64,000 nt of DNA. Source: Patescibacteria group bacterium UBA6017 (GTDB taxonomy: Bacteria; Patescibacteriota; Saccharimonadia; UBA4664). Of this stretch, positions 29,711-39,790 are shown one piece after another (the first letter of the stretch is position 1; each line of letters opens with the position of its first letter). The stretch is from assembly GCA_002429485.1 (NCBI GenBank), contig DIZX01000009.1, forward strand, positions 5,461-69,460. Reading direction: 5' to 3'. Below the pieces are notes generated by a model. That model saw only the letters and a program-made list of their open reading frames with translations, searched no databases and was not told where the DNA came from. A program made the translations under genes and the position numbers.

Positions 29711-30478
29711 CTAGTGGGTGGATTTCTCTAGGACCAGGATGAGGAAAAGCGGTATCTTCGTAAACAAGCTGTAGAAATTCTCATTTAACAGCTTTGCCGC
29801 GGGAATCGGCTGCGGTTCGATTATCTCGATAATCCTGAATCCCGCAGCACTGATTTCATTGAACATTGAGCTCAATTTTTTGTGGTAATAATGGACGGGA
29901 ATACCGCCCCTCCACATATCGGTTCGCATCGAGTTGTCGAAATAATCTCCGAAGATCTCGAGGTTCGAGAAACCGTCGCTGTACCGATAGCCAAACAGTT
30001 TCGTTAGGCTATCGGGTGTACGGTTGATTTGACCACCCCAGAGGCCAGGATGATGCGTTGATAGCAGCATCTTGCCCTCTGGCCGGAGGGCTCGATGAAG
30101 CGCCTGCAAAGTTTGCGTCCAGTCTTGGACGTAGTGCATGGCTTTGCTGCAGTACACGAGGTCAAAAGATTCCGCCGCGAGCCCGAGCTTGGCTATATCC
30201 ATTAACACGAATGGGATTTGGGGATGCAACATCCGAGCTCGGTGAATTAGCCGGGGTGACATATCGGCGCCCATAACCTTCCGGGCACCTCGTCTGAGCA
30301 TTTCGGCACACTCGTTCCCCGTACCGCATCCGAGACATAGAACGCTGCGACCTTGCAGGTCTGGTAGCAAAGCTTCCATAGCCGGAAGCTCCAAGTGAGT
30401 GGATGCAAGGTTGATTCCTTCCATGACTTTTGCCCAGCTTTGGGCGTGGTCATCGTAGGCCTGGGTCGGTGATTGCAT
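29711..30478 (-). CDS. Class I SAM-dependent methyltransferase
   Basis: VLCLGCGTG, GADMS, FDLV...AMHYV, LRPEG. Confidence 0.9.
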   Translation of the reverse strand: MQSPTQAYDDHAQSWAKVMEGINLASTHLELPAMEALLPDLQGRSVLCLGCGTGNECAEMLRRGARKVMGADMSPRLIHRARMLHPQIPFVLMDIAKLGLAAESFDLVYCSKAMHYVQDWTQTLQALHRALRPEGKMLLSTHHPGLWGGQINRTPDSLTKLFGYRYSDGFSNLEIFGDYFDNSMRTDMWRGGIPVHYYHKKLSSMFNEISAAGFRIIEIIEPQPIPAAKLLNENFYSLFTKIPLFLILVLEKSTH

Positions 30479-30489
30479 TCACATTCCTC

Positions 30490-31254
30490 TCAGAGCGAGC
30501 TGCTTGGGTCGTCGTACCTGGCAGCTGCCACCATGAAGTGTCCTCCCGTGCCAGTCATACCGGCATGGATCACTCGGCTGGACCAGAACTTGAGGACGCT
30601 GAGCCGACCATCCCCCATTGGCGGGATAGCGACGATCCTAGTGCTGACCTCTGGATGGGGTGAGACATTGCTGCAGGCTGCATCGTCCGATGAGACTGAG
30701 TCTGGTCGCAGTGTCGTGTGGTCGATACCACGACGGCTAAGTTCCTCGGGCGACTCATCAATGAACTGGAGCCAGCGAGGCTCACTGGGATGCAGGTTGA
30801 TGAGGTAGCGAGTGATCTCTCGCCCCGTACCCTCTTCCCGAAACGTTCCGCGCCGCCCATAGTGTCGGGCAACATACTGGATGTCTTCGTGAAGATTCCC
30901 GAAGAAGGCCTTTTTTGCCGCCAGGCAGAGTCGGATGAAAGAAATTCCAACATCGCACCCGTAGAGAAGACCAGCTTGCAGTTGCTCTTCGAGCAAGTGC
31001 GTCTGAGGGAAATCCTTGACCTCATCAAACGCAGGGTAGAATCCCTTAGTGCCGGAGCCGTTGGCCTCGTTCGCAATACCCCTAGCCAACTCAGCTTGTG
31101 CTATGGCCAGGTTGTAATCCGCTGGGTTGAATCGGTGTTGCTCGAGAACCATGCGCGGTCCCGTGATGACTTCCTGGGTGTCCCTATGGTTAGGTCCCAG
31201 TACTATCGTTCGAGTGATGGTCGTCATGCTTGCCGCCTCCATCTGTTGTGTCAC
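30490..31254 (-). CDS. Hypothetical protein, possible 2OG-Fe(II) oxygenase fold
   Basis: LHED (HxD), RYLINL strand and distal FWSSRVIHAG; 11 bp upstream of the methyltransferase. Confidence 0.5.
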   Translation of the reverse strand: MTQQMEAASMTTITRTIVLGPNHRDTQEVITGPRMVLEQHRFNPADYNLAIAQAELARGIANEANGSGTKGFYPAFDEVKDFPQTHLLEEQLQAGLLYGCDVGISFIRLCLAAKKAFFGNLHEDIQYVARHYGRRGTFREEGTGREITRYLINLHPSEPRWLQFIDESPEELSRRGIDHTTLRPDSVSSDDAACSNVSPHPEVSTRIVAIPPMGDGRLSVLKFWSSRVIHAGMTGTGGHFMVAAARYDDPSSSL

Positions 31255-31594
31255 ATTAGGGTTAAAACGGACTCCAGATACTTAAGAATAAGCATTAGGA
31301 GCCAGCTTCAACCACTCACTATACACATTCAGCACTTCGGTCAAGCAATAAGTAAGTCGATGCTTGACCGAAGCTTGATTTAGGCATATATCATTGTACA
31401 TCGTAACGCGCAATCGTCAATAATGCGCTCTAGGTAACGTTAATTTGTTCATTTGATTTTATTGTGACAGTTCTGCGTTCGGTGAGGATGAAGTCCAATC
31501 CGTATTTATTGACCTTCAAAGCAGATCGGCAAAGGTAGGAAGCGAATTAGTGAGCGTATTTAGCGGTATTGAGATATGACCGTTGCTCCATTTG

Positions 31595-31644
31595 TCTCTA
31601 GTATCGCAGTTCGAGCTTCTGTGACGGTGGTGTACCAATGGACT
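31595..31644 (+). repeat. att-like scar, copy B
   Basis: Matches 29588-29637; GTACCAATGGACTTAT is 14/16 identical to GTACCATTGAACTTAT at the tRNA-Leu end. Confidence 0.65.
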
Positions 31645-31690
31645 TATATTGATTATTTTCTATAGAAATGCGTAGGGTCGGGCTGCGTTT

Positions 31691-33637
31691 TTATAGTTGG
31701 CTGCGCATTTCGACCAGGGCGGCGTCGAGGCGCTGGACTGAAACGCCGCTCTTGCTGGCTAAGTAGGCCATTTGAGCTTTGAAGTCGGGCAAGTAGGTAT
31801 CATAGGCGTCGGCAGCTTGGTCGGGATTATTGGGATCGTCGATGTTGTGGTAGGTCAAAATGAGCGTGGTATGGTCGCGGGCGGCTTTGTCGACCCAGTA
31901 TTTGAATTGCGCCAGCGTGGTGGTTGGGGCCATGTTTTGCTCGCGTAAGCGGTAGGCGTTGAAATTGTCTTTTGAATTGTAGCCTTCGTCGGTGGTTCGG
32001 TGTGAACCGTAGTATTGGGCGGTTACCGAGTTGGTGCAAGCGTTGTAGGCGCCAAACGGACTTGAAAAGGCGGTGATCGGCTGACCGGTGAGCTGGCGTA
32101 AATAGTCCTGGGGATGCTTGAGCTCATTGGTGAGCTCGGGTCCGGGACAAGCAAGGGTTGTCATATCGGGATGGGTGATGGAGTGAGCTCCAATTTCGTG
32201 GCCGCCTGATGCAAACTTTTTGACGATCGTTTCCATAGCCGCATTGCCCTCTACCCAACCTGGTGCGTAGGTCCCCTCTTTGGTGGGCAGGTACATGGTG
32301 GTCTTAAAGCCGTACAAATCAAGGACGGGCAAGGCGTTGAGGTAGTTTATGTCCGGCGCATCATCGAAGGTAAGGATAACGCGGCCCTTATCGAACCCTG
32401 TATAGGTATATGGGGCCAGTTGCATGTTGTCGACCGAGACGCAGCCAATTCCCCGCATCACCATAAAGACGTCCGCACTGACAACATCGGTGGGCACATT
32501 GAACACGTCGGAGTAGGTCGTCCAGTTGGCGGCGTTATCACCGGCGGGCTCGGGGTCAGGCATACCAAAGAAGTCTTCGCTACCATCGGCCTTAACGTAG
32601 TGGGCTACCACGTGGACGGCATGCAGGTTATTGGTTTTGTAGGAGAAAGTGGCCCGGTAATCGGCGCCTTTGGTGAGCGGCTGGCTGGCGAATTGCCAGT
32701 TGGCGTCGCCCGAAACGTCGGGGTTGGTGCCGTATTTGGTGATGCAGGCCTGAACGGATCGTGAGCCCGCGGCGGCGGCCCCAGTGACGTAGCTGAAGGT
32801 GTGAGTGTTTGTGCCCCAAGCCGTGGAAGACCAATTCTGCGGCTGCTGAGGGTTGTTTGGATCGGGGGTTTCAACCGAGGGGTTGGGAACGATGGTGGGC
32901 GTAGGAGTCGGAGTGGGCGTTGGAGTTACGGTTGGCTTCGGCGTCGGCGTAGGCGTTTGGGTCGGCGTCGGGGTGGGAGTGGTTGTGACCGCGTTCTCAA
33001 CCAGGCTGACATTATCAATTTGCAGCCAGCCGTTTGTCTCCAAGAGGTGGAGCACGGTCAGCTTGACTGTGTCGGCCGGGGTATGGATTTTACCGGTAAA
33101 CGTTTTTGTGACAGTCGCGGAGGCTGAAACGGTGATAGCGACATCGTCGTAGGTGGCGTTGCCCTTGGCGTCGATGGCCTCATAGACTACGTGGGTTGCC
33201 ACGTTGGCACGGTACATATCGGTGTAGGTGTAGTCGGTATTCGGTTTTGCTGCGACGGGATTTGGCACCCATTTGGCGTCGCCCGAGTTGGCGCCCGAGA
33301 GCGTTACTTTGACACTACGGTTACCATTTAAGCCAGTAGTGAGATAGGCAAACTTGGCAGTGCCATTGGCCCAGGTATCGGTGGTCCAAGAGGCGGGTAA
33401 GTTCGCATTGGCGGCCGTTGGTGTTTCAACCGACGGGTTAGCTATGAGATTGGTGACGGCGGCATATGAAGGCGCAACGTTGAGCTGTATGAGGGCCGCA
33501 ATTGCTAAACCGGTGACGGTAAATGCGAGGGTACGCGTCTTCAGATATTTTATGGCGTTGAATCTGTCTGTCGAGGTCGAGTTGTGCATCAATGGTACCT
33601 TGCTAGAGCCAATTACCCGCAGTTTGCCCTGAGTCAT
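31691..33637 (-). CDS. Secreted polysaccharide deacetylase (NodB/CE4) with two CBM-like domains and a PT linker
   Basis: NLIANPSVE / IVPNPSVE CBM4-like starts, (TP)n linker, LTFDD, HEIGAHSITHP, LTYHNI. Confidence 0.88.
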   Translation of the reverse strand: MTQGKLRVIGSSKVPLMHNSTSTDRFNAIKYLKTRTLAFTVTGLAIAALIQLNVAPSYAAVTNLIANPSVETPTAANANLPASWTTDTWANGTAKFAYLTTGLNGNRSVKVTLSGANSGDAKWVPNPVAAKPNTDYTYTDMYRANVATHVVYEAIDAKGNATYDDVAITVSASATVTKTFTGKIHTPADTVKLTVLHLLETNGWLQIDNVSLVENAVTTTPTPTPTQTPTPTPKPTVTPTPTPTPTPTIVPNPSVETPDPNNPQQPQNWSSTAWGTNTHTFSYVTGAAAAGSRSVQACITKYGTNPDVSGDANWQFASQPLTKGADYRATFSYKTNNLHAVHVVAHYVKADGSEDFFGMPDPEPAGDNAANWTTYSDVFNVPTDVVSADVFMVMRGIGCVSVDNMQLAPYTYTGFDKGRVILTFDDAPDINYLNALPVLDLYGFKTTMYLPTKEGTYAPGWVEGNAAMETIVKKFASGGHEIGAHSITHPDMTTLACPGPELTNELKHPQDYLRQLTGQPITAFSSPFGAYNACTNSVTAQYYGSHRTTDEGYNSKDNFNAYRLREQNMAPTTTLAQFKYWVDKAARDHTTLILTYHNIDDPNNPDQAADAYDTYLPDFKAQMAYLASKSGVSVQRLDAALVEMRSQL

Positions 33638-33753
33638 TATTTATGAATATATTCATAGCACTGCATACTCATTACGTCAAGGTATAGTTTCGATGGCTTG
33701 AATTGAGGATTGGGTGAAACAAATAGTCTATTTATGGTGTAAAGTGGTCGATT

Positions 33754-34686
33754 ATGCGTTTGGACAGGAAATTATATTTAATTGCCGCAATTGTATTGCT
33801 GGCCACAATAGGCACGGTAGTTTTGCTGAGGTCAATTTCGCAAAGCACGAGCATTGAACAGCCGCCTGTTGCGGCACCACTATCGACTCCAGATATCACC
33901 AATCTGGTGGCCGATAATGCTCCCCCGCCTCCGACTCCGGCCTCGATAGCGGATATTTCGCCGGTGCGGGCGCTGATTTGGTCGGATGATTTTGGTGCCC
34001 CGGCCGGTACTGTGCCCGATCCCGCCAAGTGGAATATCGATACGGGCGGCGGGGGCTGGGGTAACGGCGAATGGGAATATTATGAGAATTCGGCCGGTAA
34101 CGCGGCTCAGGACGGCCAGGGGCATCTGGTAATAACGGCCCTTTCGCCGGCCAGGCCGTCGGGCGGATGCGCCTTCGGGCCGTGCAATATTACTTCCGCA
34201 CGTCTTCAGACTGACGGCCTCTTTGCGGCAACCTACGGGCGAATTGAAGCTCGTATTAAAGCCCCGGCCGGGCAAGGACTGTGGCCGGCGTTCTGGATGT
34301 TGCCAGAGGACGATAGCGGTGAAATCGATATCATGGAAAACAATGGCCGTGACCCGAGTATTATTTCCGGTACCTTGCACGGACCGGGTTATGCCGGTCC
34401 TGCGGGAATTGCCGCTGAGTTGAGATTATTCCCGGGTGGCAGCGCCGCCGATGTTTTTCACGTTTACAGCGTCGATTGGACCGCACAGTCGATCGTTTGG
34501 TCGGTTGATGGCCGCATCTTCCAAACAATTCGCAAAGGCGATCCCAGGGTCGGGGCCTGGGTTTTCAATCGCCCATATTATATTCTGCTTAATCTGGCCG
34601 TCGGCTCTGAAGACCCAGGTTATCCGGATGAGAGTACTTCATTCCCGGCAAAACTGGTGATTGATTATGTCCGCGTGTATCGGTGA
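33754..34686 (+). CDS. Glycoside hydrolase family 16 (laminarinase-like), membrane anchored
   Basis: WSDDF, GWGNGE, YGRIEAR, GLWPAFWML, EIDIME, IDYVRVY. Confidence 0.93.
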   Translation: MRLDRKLYLIAAIVLLATIGTVVLLRSISQSTSIEQPPVAAPLSTPDITNLVADNAPPPPTPASIADISPVRALIWSDDFGAPAGTVPDPAKWNIDTGGGGWGNGEWEYYENSAGNAAQDGQGHLVITALSPARPSGGCAFGPCNITSARLQTDGLFAATYGRIEARIKAPAGQGLWPAFWMLPEDDSGEIDIMENNGRDPSIISGTLHGPGYAGPAGIAAELRLFPGGSAADVFHVYSVDWTAQSIVWSVDGRIFQTIRKGDPRVGAWVFNRPYYILLNLAVGSEDPGYPDESTSFPAKLVIDYVRVYR

Positions 34687-34780
34687 ACAGTGCAGCTCGA
34701 TGGTTGAGTTTACGTCTCCTGTGAACCGTTCGGCTGGGTCTTTGGAGATATGTAGTTTGATGATTTTCATACTTATTACC

Positions 34781-35040
34781 TTATAGCTCGCTTACTTTTA
34801 CCAGTGATTTGATTGCACGTCGCTGATCCATAGCCGCATACGCTTCGGCGATATCATCTAAGTCGGTTTTGAGGTCAAATACCTCACCCGGGTTAATATC
34901 TCCTTTAAGCACGGAGTCTAAAAGTTGCGGTAAATAGGCGCGTACCGGAGCAGGTCCTCCGCGCATGCCGATGTTACGGAAGAATGTGATGTTGGCATCA
35001 ATCGTTACGTCATGCGGGACGCCGACCCGACCAACATATG
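34781..35040 (-). pseudogene. 3' fragment of a zinc-dependent alcohol dehydrogenase
   Basis: GRVGVPH...FFRNIGMRGGPAPVRAYLP...INPG.VFD...AY.AMD.RRAIK is the C-terminus only; 5' part absent. Confidence 0.8.
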
Positions 35041-35226
35041 CACGGTGTTTGCCGCCATCTCTGACGATGGCGTCCGACTGTGATTATGTTTTTCTTCTCA
35101 ATTCGTACCGATTGAACCCTCGAACTGTCGGAAACTGACACTGCCAGCTGTCGTTCATCGTTCTTATGTAAATGACAAATAATTCTATAACGGATATGAT
35201 ATTTTTATTACTTATGGTTATAGATA

Positions 35227-36339
35227 GTGCAATCCCCTTTTCCTTTGCGTGTCTGCATTAATACCCTTCTTAAATCTTTCGGTGCTGCACTAGGCTTAGT
35301 ATCGATTCTCGGCGGCAGCCTGTTTGTCATCTTGCCAGTTCCGGCGCAAGCTGCCTGCGCCGCGCTGCCGTCCGATAAGGGACAGGCAACATTTTCGGTT
35401 TCAATTCCCGCGAGCGGGACGTATCGTGTTTGGACTCGCCTGTATCCGGCTTCTTTGGGTCAGGGTAGGGTACAAATGCAGGTCGACCAAACCTATTGCA
35501 ACGTACTAATCGGCCAAAATAGTACTCTACCGGCCAATCAGTTCACGTGGGTCGATTATGGTACCTCTTCGACGAGTAAGATTAATTTGAGCCTGACTCC
35601 GGGGGGTCACACTATTGTCCTAGCCGGAGTCGATCCGGGCGCGGGGGTGGATAAGCTATTGTTTTTAACCGATGCGACCTGTATCCCAACCGGCCTTGGT
35701 ACTAACTGTAGTACGGTAGCTTCAGCGACACCGGTCCCGGTCGGAGGGACTACTCCCCAACCCACTGTCACTTCGACACCTCGACCGGCAGTCTCGCCGT
35801 CTCCAATCGTGGTTAAGCCGGGCAATTCATCCGCTCCCGTGGTTGTGTCTGGCATTATTACGCTTACTCCGCAGACCCCAACCACCGATATGACGGTTTA
35901 CTCGGTAGATGGCCAGCCAGTGAGCGGTGATAACTTGGACACGTCTAAATTGACCGACGGTGACCACGTGATTAAACAGGTTACGACTGACGGCAGCGGT
36001 AAGACAACCACGACCCAAAAAACTATTAAGGTTGAGAACGGCTGGCAATACCAGCTGGTTCGCGGGCTACAAGGACATTGGCAGGTCATTTCCGGCATTG
36101 TTTTGCTGCTGATTCTGATTGGCGGGGGTATGGTCTACATGCTGACTCATCATCTCTTTGGCATTGGTGCTAGAAACCAGCTTGGTGACGATATCATGGT
36201 GAGTTCGGTAACGAATGAGACAGTAAATCCTTCAACCGTGTTTACCGACAGCCCGACGGTCCTGCCGGTTGCGGGGACTCAAGCAGCGGAGGTGGTCCCA
36301 CCGGTGTCTGTCGATAATATCCCGCCGGATAAATTGTGA
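35227..36339 (+). CDS. Exported CBM-like/Ig-like protein with C-terminal membrane anchor
   Basis: Signal peptide, GTYRVWTR...GGHTI...VDKL jelly-roll, P/T linker, LDTSKLTDGDH Ig-like domain, TM. Confidence 0.7.
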   Translation: MQSPFPLRVCINTLLKSFGAALGLVSILGGSLFVILPVPAQAACAALPSDKGQATFSVSIPASGTYRVWTRLYPASLGQGRVQMQVDQTYCNVLIGQNSTLPANQFTWVDYGTSSTSKINLSLTPGGHTIVLAGVDPGAGVDKLLFLTDATCIPTGLGTNCSTVASATPVPVGGTTPQPTVTSTPRPAVSPSPIVVKPGNSSAPVVVSGIITLTPQTPTTDMTVYSVDGQPVSGDNLDTSKLTDGDHVIKQVTTDGSGKTTTTQKTIKVENGWQYQLVRGLQGHWQVISGIVLLLILIGGGMVYMLTHHLFGIGARNQLGDDIMVSSVTNETVNPSTVFTDSPTVLPVAGTQAAEVVPPVSVDNIPPDKL

Positions 36340-37343
36340 AAGGATTGCAGATGTCACGATTGCGATTGCCCCGGTCTAAGCCTCGTTTGGATTCTAAGGT
36401 AGGTATTTTTGTAGCGTTATCTATTGTCGTCGGTTACGTTGCGGTGCGAGCCTTGGCAGCCGGCCCGTTTGCAATGTTTGAGCCTGAGTCGGCAACTGTC
36501 AGCGGACAGGCGACCGTCAAGTCTAACGCCGGAGCTTCCGGCGGCAAATTTGTGGCATTTGGCAGCGGTGCTACTCCGGCTCCTACGCCCGCTCCGACAC
36601 CTAGCCCTACCCCGGTTTCCGTTGGCAACCCACAATGGCTAGGTGACTACTCCATCGGCAGTTTCCTCCAGTGGCCCGCCCGAGAGTACAAAGACGGCGG
36701 AACCGCCGCTGACCTGGCACGACAGCAACAGATTGTGACCAGTCCGGCACGACCTGGGTTCAAATACACGGCCAGGTTCGAGGTCGAATCAGGCGACCAG
36801 ACGAGTGGCGACCCGAGCCGCAACCGAAGCGAGGTTGCCGATTACTCGGACGTGTCAAAGTTGAACGGCGGAACATCTTGGTGGGCGTGGAGTATGTATC
36901 TCCCGGCAGGTTTCCACGTTGATACGGACGCGGAATCCCCTGTTGGCAATGGATGGCTGATCTGCACTCAGTGGCACGGTGTTAACGACTTAAACCTAGT
37001 GTTCGGACTGACCAAGCCCTCAGATCACATCCCGCACCTGGAAATCGGCACCATGACTAAGGGGACTGCCCAAAGCGGTGATTGGGTTAGTCCCGCCGCG
37101 CTACCTCTAGGGCAATGGAACGACTTTGTGGTGGGGGTCAAATGGTCGAATACGGCAGGGCACGTAATCGTGAAGATGAACGGGACCACCTTGGTGAATG
37201 CCAACACTCCAACTCTGGAAAGCGGATCCAACGGTATGACCTACTTCAAGCAGGGCGTCTACCGGGCCCGATCTAACCAAGCCCAGGCCATCTACTACAC
37301 CGGTACTCGCCGCGGTCCCACCGAGGCCAGCGTCACTTACTAA
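36336..37343 (+). CDS. Secreted polysaccharide lyase-like protein
   Basis: ARFEV..GD....RSE, WSMYLP, QWH, GQWNDF, YFKQGVYR typical of jelly-roll lyases. Confidence 0.75.
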   Translation: MKGLQMSRLRLPRSKPRLDSKVGIFVALSIVVGYVAVRALAAGPFAMFEPESATVSGQATVKSNAGASGGKFVAFGSGATPAPTPAPTPSPTPVSVGNPQWLGDYSIGSFLQWPAREYKDGGTAADLARQQQIVTSPARPGFKYTARFEVESGDQTSGDPSRNRSEVADYSDVSKLNGGTSWWAWSMYLPAGFHVDTDAESPVGNGWLICTQWHGVNDLNLVFGLTKPSDHIPHLEIGTMTKGTAQSGDWVSPAALPLGQWNDFVVGVKWSNTAGHVIVKMNGTTLVNANTPTLESGSNGMTYFKQGVYRARSNQAQAIYYTGTRRGPTEASVTY

Positions 37344-37637
37344 TACATAAAAACGCTCTGTGGTGGGCGATTTGTTTCTGCACCGCCGCTGAGCGTTTAT
37401 TGTGACTCCCCTGCTTGACGCGGTTTTCTGGCTTTGGAGCAATATTAATCAGCTTATCAATACGTGTCTTTAGGATGTTTTCGCCGGGTTAGTTCATATA
37501 CAGCAAACAATACTGGTGTCTTAACCAAATGTTTATTTCGGTAGGATTGTTACCCTGCTTGAGTTGCCGAAAACTTGGCAGCGGCTGACTCACCCTGGAG
37601 CGGGGTGGGCGGCACGACAGAAAGGATGTGGTGACTG

Positions 37638-38633
37638 ATGTCATCACGGGACAGTCGGAAGATCGACCACCAGCCAACGTTGGGGCAGCTCATCGGAAGC
37701 TTCCCAACGGCAAGGGATCTCATTGGCGCGGCGCTTCGCACTGCGTCAACGAGAGTCAACAATGTCAGTCGGCCCGAGCCGACCAAGGACCACCGACCGA
37801 GTCCGACTACCACGCGCCGGACTCCGACAGTCGGCACGCCGAAAAGCGGAGCTCGCTCCGGTGATCAGCGTAGCCGTCACGGCAACGGCAAGTCCATGAC
37901 TGATCGGCACACGCAGGGCCGTACCAACCGGACGGCGCCCTGGGAGATCCCGACATCCCAGCGTCAGGTGATCTGTTTCGACGAGATCGAGATCGCCGAA
38001 GCATTCGACTGCATCGGGAAGCTGACCGTCGACTTCCTGCCTGCGGGTATGGCATTCGTCAACTATCTGGCGAATTTCCAGCCGTACCGCAGTCTGGGTA
38101 AGGCTCAGGACATCCGTACGCTTCTGCTGATGCGCCTCCCAACCCGGGCATCGCTCACTAGCGCATCGCATACCGCAGAAGGTATGCGGGGCGCGAAGAT
38201 CCGGGAGGACTTCCTCTCGGCGCGGCTTACCCTCCTGGGGCAGCGATACATGCTGATGCTGACCGGCGAGGGGTCGGTGCGTCAGACGTCGGATGAGATC
38301 GTCAACGAGTTGATGAAGATCGCCGGCGAGTTCAACGGTCTGAACCACCCCCGACGCGAGGCGTACGCCCGCATCATCGCGGCCGATGTCTTCAACGTTT
38401 TCCTGCGGAATCCAATCCGCGCGAAGGACGAGATGGTGAGGGCAATTGCTCTGCTCGGTGTGGTCTTCCAGGCCGATGAGGCAGTCAACATGAGTGTGAT
38501 GATGACCAAGCTCGCAATCAGCGGCGACAAGGCCCTCACGGACCGGACCGTTGCTGACCTCGGTCTCGAGGTCGGTCACGACTACAACCTGTCCGCCTCT
38601 GGAAGCCAGAGCGGAGCCGGCTATCTCGGCTGA
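37638..38633 (+). CDS. Hypothetical protein (orphan, high GC3)
   Basis: 331 aa ORF with strongly GC3-biased codons, AAAGGA SD, followed by terminator. Confidence 0.7.
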   Translation: MSSRDSRKIDHQPTLGQLIGSFPTARDLIGAALRTASTRVNNVSRPEPTKDHRPSPTTTRRTPTVGTPKSGARSGDQRSRHGNGKSMTDRHTQGRTNRTAPWEIPTSQRQVICFDEIEIAEAFDCIGKLTVDFLPAGMAFVNYLANFQPYRSLGKAQDIRTLLLMRLPTRASLTSASHTAEGMRGAKIREDFLSARLTLLGQRYMLMLTGEGSVRQTSDEIVNELMKIAGEFNGLNHPRREAYARIIAADVFNVFLRNPIRAKDEMVRAIALLGVVFQADEAVNMSVMMTKLAISGDKALTDRTVADLGLEVGHDYNLSASGSQSGAGYLG

Positions 38634-38673
38634 CAACAACAGCCTCCGGTAACGGAGACTATGCTCAAAGTTT

Positions 38674-38706
38674 GGGCGACCGGGGGTTCATTCCCCCGGT
38701 CGCCCC
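38674..38706. terminator. Hairpin terminator between convergent genes
   Basis: GGCGACCGGGGG-TTCATT-CCCCCGGTCGCC. Confidence 0.75.
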
Positions 38707-38752
38707 TTAGCTATTTTTGGGCGGCTTTTTTGGTACGGCAATAATTTCTAGA

Positions 38753-39637
38753 TTAGAAGTCGTCGGAGTGTTTGAGGGTTGCGGACAGGGCGGCGGCGAG
38801 GCCCGGGGCACTCGGACGATCGGTGTCACCGAGGGTGGCGCCGGCTTGGGCGATCAGATAGGCACCGGTGGCGAGGCCGGCGGTGGGGTTGGTACGGTTT
38901 TGGAGCCAAAAAGTGCTCAGGGTGCCGTAAAACAGGGCCGGAGTGAGGCTTAGCCGGTAATTGATAGGCGTCACAATGAGATCGGCTCCGGCGGCCACAA
39001 TGATTTCGCTGCCGTAAACGGCGTAGGCGCAGGCGCTGGCGGCGGCCAGGTTCTGGACGATTTCGAGCTTGTTGATCAGGCCTGCACCCTGTCGGATGCT
39101 GATGGCGATGTCGAGAACGCCGCAGAGTTTGAAAACTTCGGCCATAGTGAGGATGATGAGTGCCCGTGGATTGTCGGTGACGGCGGTTATATTTTGGCGC
39201 ATGGCGGTAAGGCCTTCGTCGATGACGATAATAGGCCGGTCGATCTCGCTGATGATCCGCTCGGTAAGCATGGCGGTGTTGGAATTATTGGAAATACTGG
39301 CGCCGATGGCGACGGCATCGGCTTCTTCGCTGAGCTCCAGGATACGGCCCAGGGCTTCGCGGCCAAGTGATCCGGAGGTGCTTGAAGCTGCGAAGGCGGT
39401 ACCGGAGGAGCCGCCGAGGAATTTGGCCAGGTTGTCAGGGAGGACAGCGACGGCCTCGCCTACCCCGGCGGCCACGGCAAACTGATGAATGGCGGTAGGC
39501 AGGCTGAATTCGCCTGAGTGTCCGCCCACGATTAATAGCCGTCCCCCGCCGCTGCGGGTAATGGGGCGGTTGTAAAGAACCTTGGGGAACAAGGGCTCGT
39601 CGGTTTGGCGAATAAATTGGGGTGGTTCGGGGCTCAT
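38753..39637 (-). CDS. NAD(P)HX dehydratase/carbohydrate kinase-like protein (divergent)
   Basis: GRLLIVGGH, AAGVG, DAVAIG, PIIVID resemble the YjeF C-terminal domain. Confidence 0.65.
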   Translation of the reverse strand: MSPEPPQFIRQTDEPLFPKVLYNRPITRSGGGRLLIVGGHSGEFSLPTAIHQFAVAAGVGEAVAVLPDNLAKFLGGSSGTAFAASSTSGSLGREALGRILELSEEADAVAIGASISNNSNTAMLTERIISEIDRPIIVIDEGLTAMRQNITAVTDNPRALIILTMAEVFKLCGVLDIAISIRQGAGLINKLEIVQNLAAASACAYAVYGSEIIVAAGADLIVTPINYRLSLTPALFYGTLSTFWLQNRTNPTAGLATGAYLIAQAGATLGDTDRPSAPGLAAALSATLKHSDDF

Positions 39638-39790
39638 ATGGCTCCACCATAGCACAGGCCAGATACGGGAGCACCGGATTTATGCAATATTCTAAGATAA
39701 CGCGTATATAGCATGGTCATTTAGAACATTATACAGGAGCTATGTCTTTGGCCGTTTAATATACTTATGTTCCTAATAAGGATCTAATTC

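Noticed and set aside
32895-32990. Short tandem repeats such as GGCGTC/GGAGTG
   Set aside because: Encode the Pro-Thr linker of the deacetylase
35058-35117. Possible third att-like scar near the ADH fragment (TCTCTGACGATGGCGTCCGA; GTACCGATTGAAC)
   Set aside because: Only about 21/30 identity and the core is disrupted; not distinguishable from chance by eye
37746-38639. 297 aa antisense ORF, and similar shadow ORFs at 41880-42629, 46821-47648, 30718-31383 and 18424-19050
   Set aside because: Shadows of GC3-rich genes; they lack SD, motifs and plausible composition
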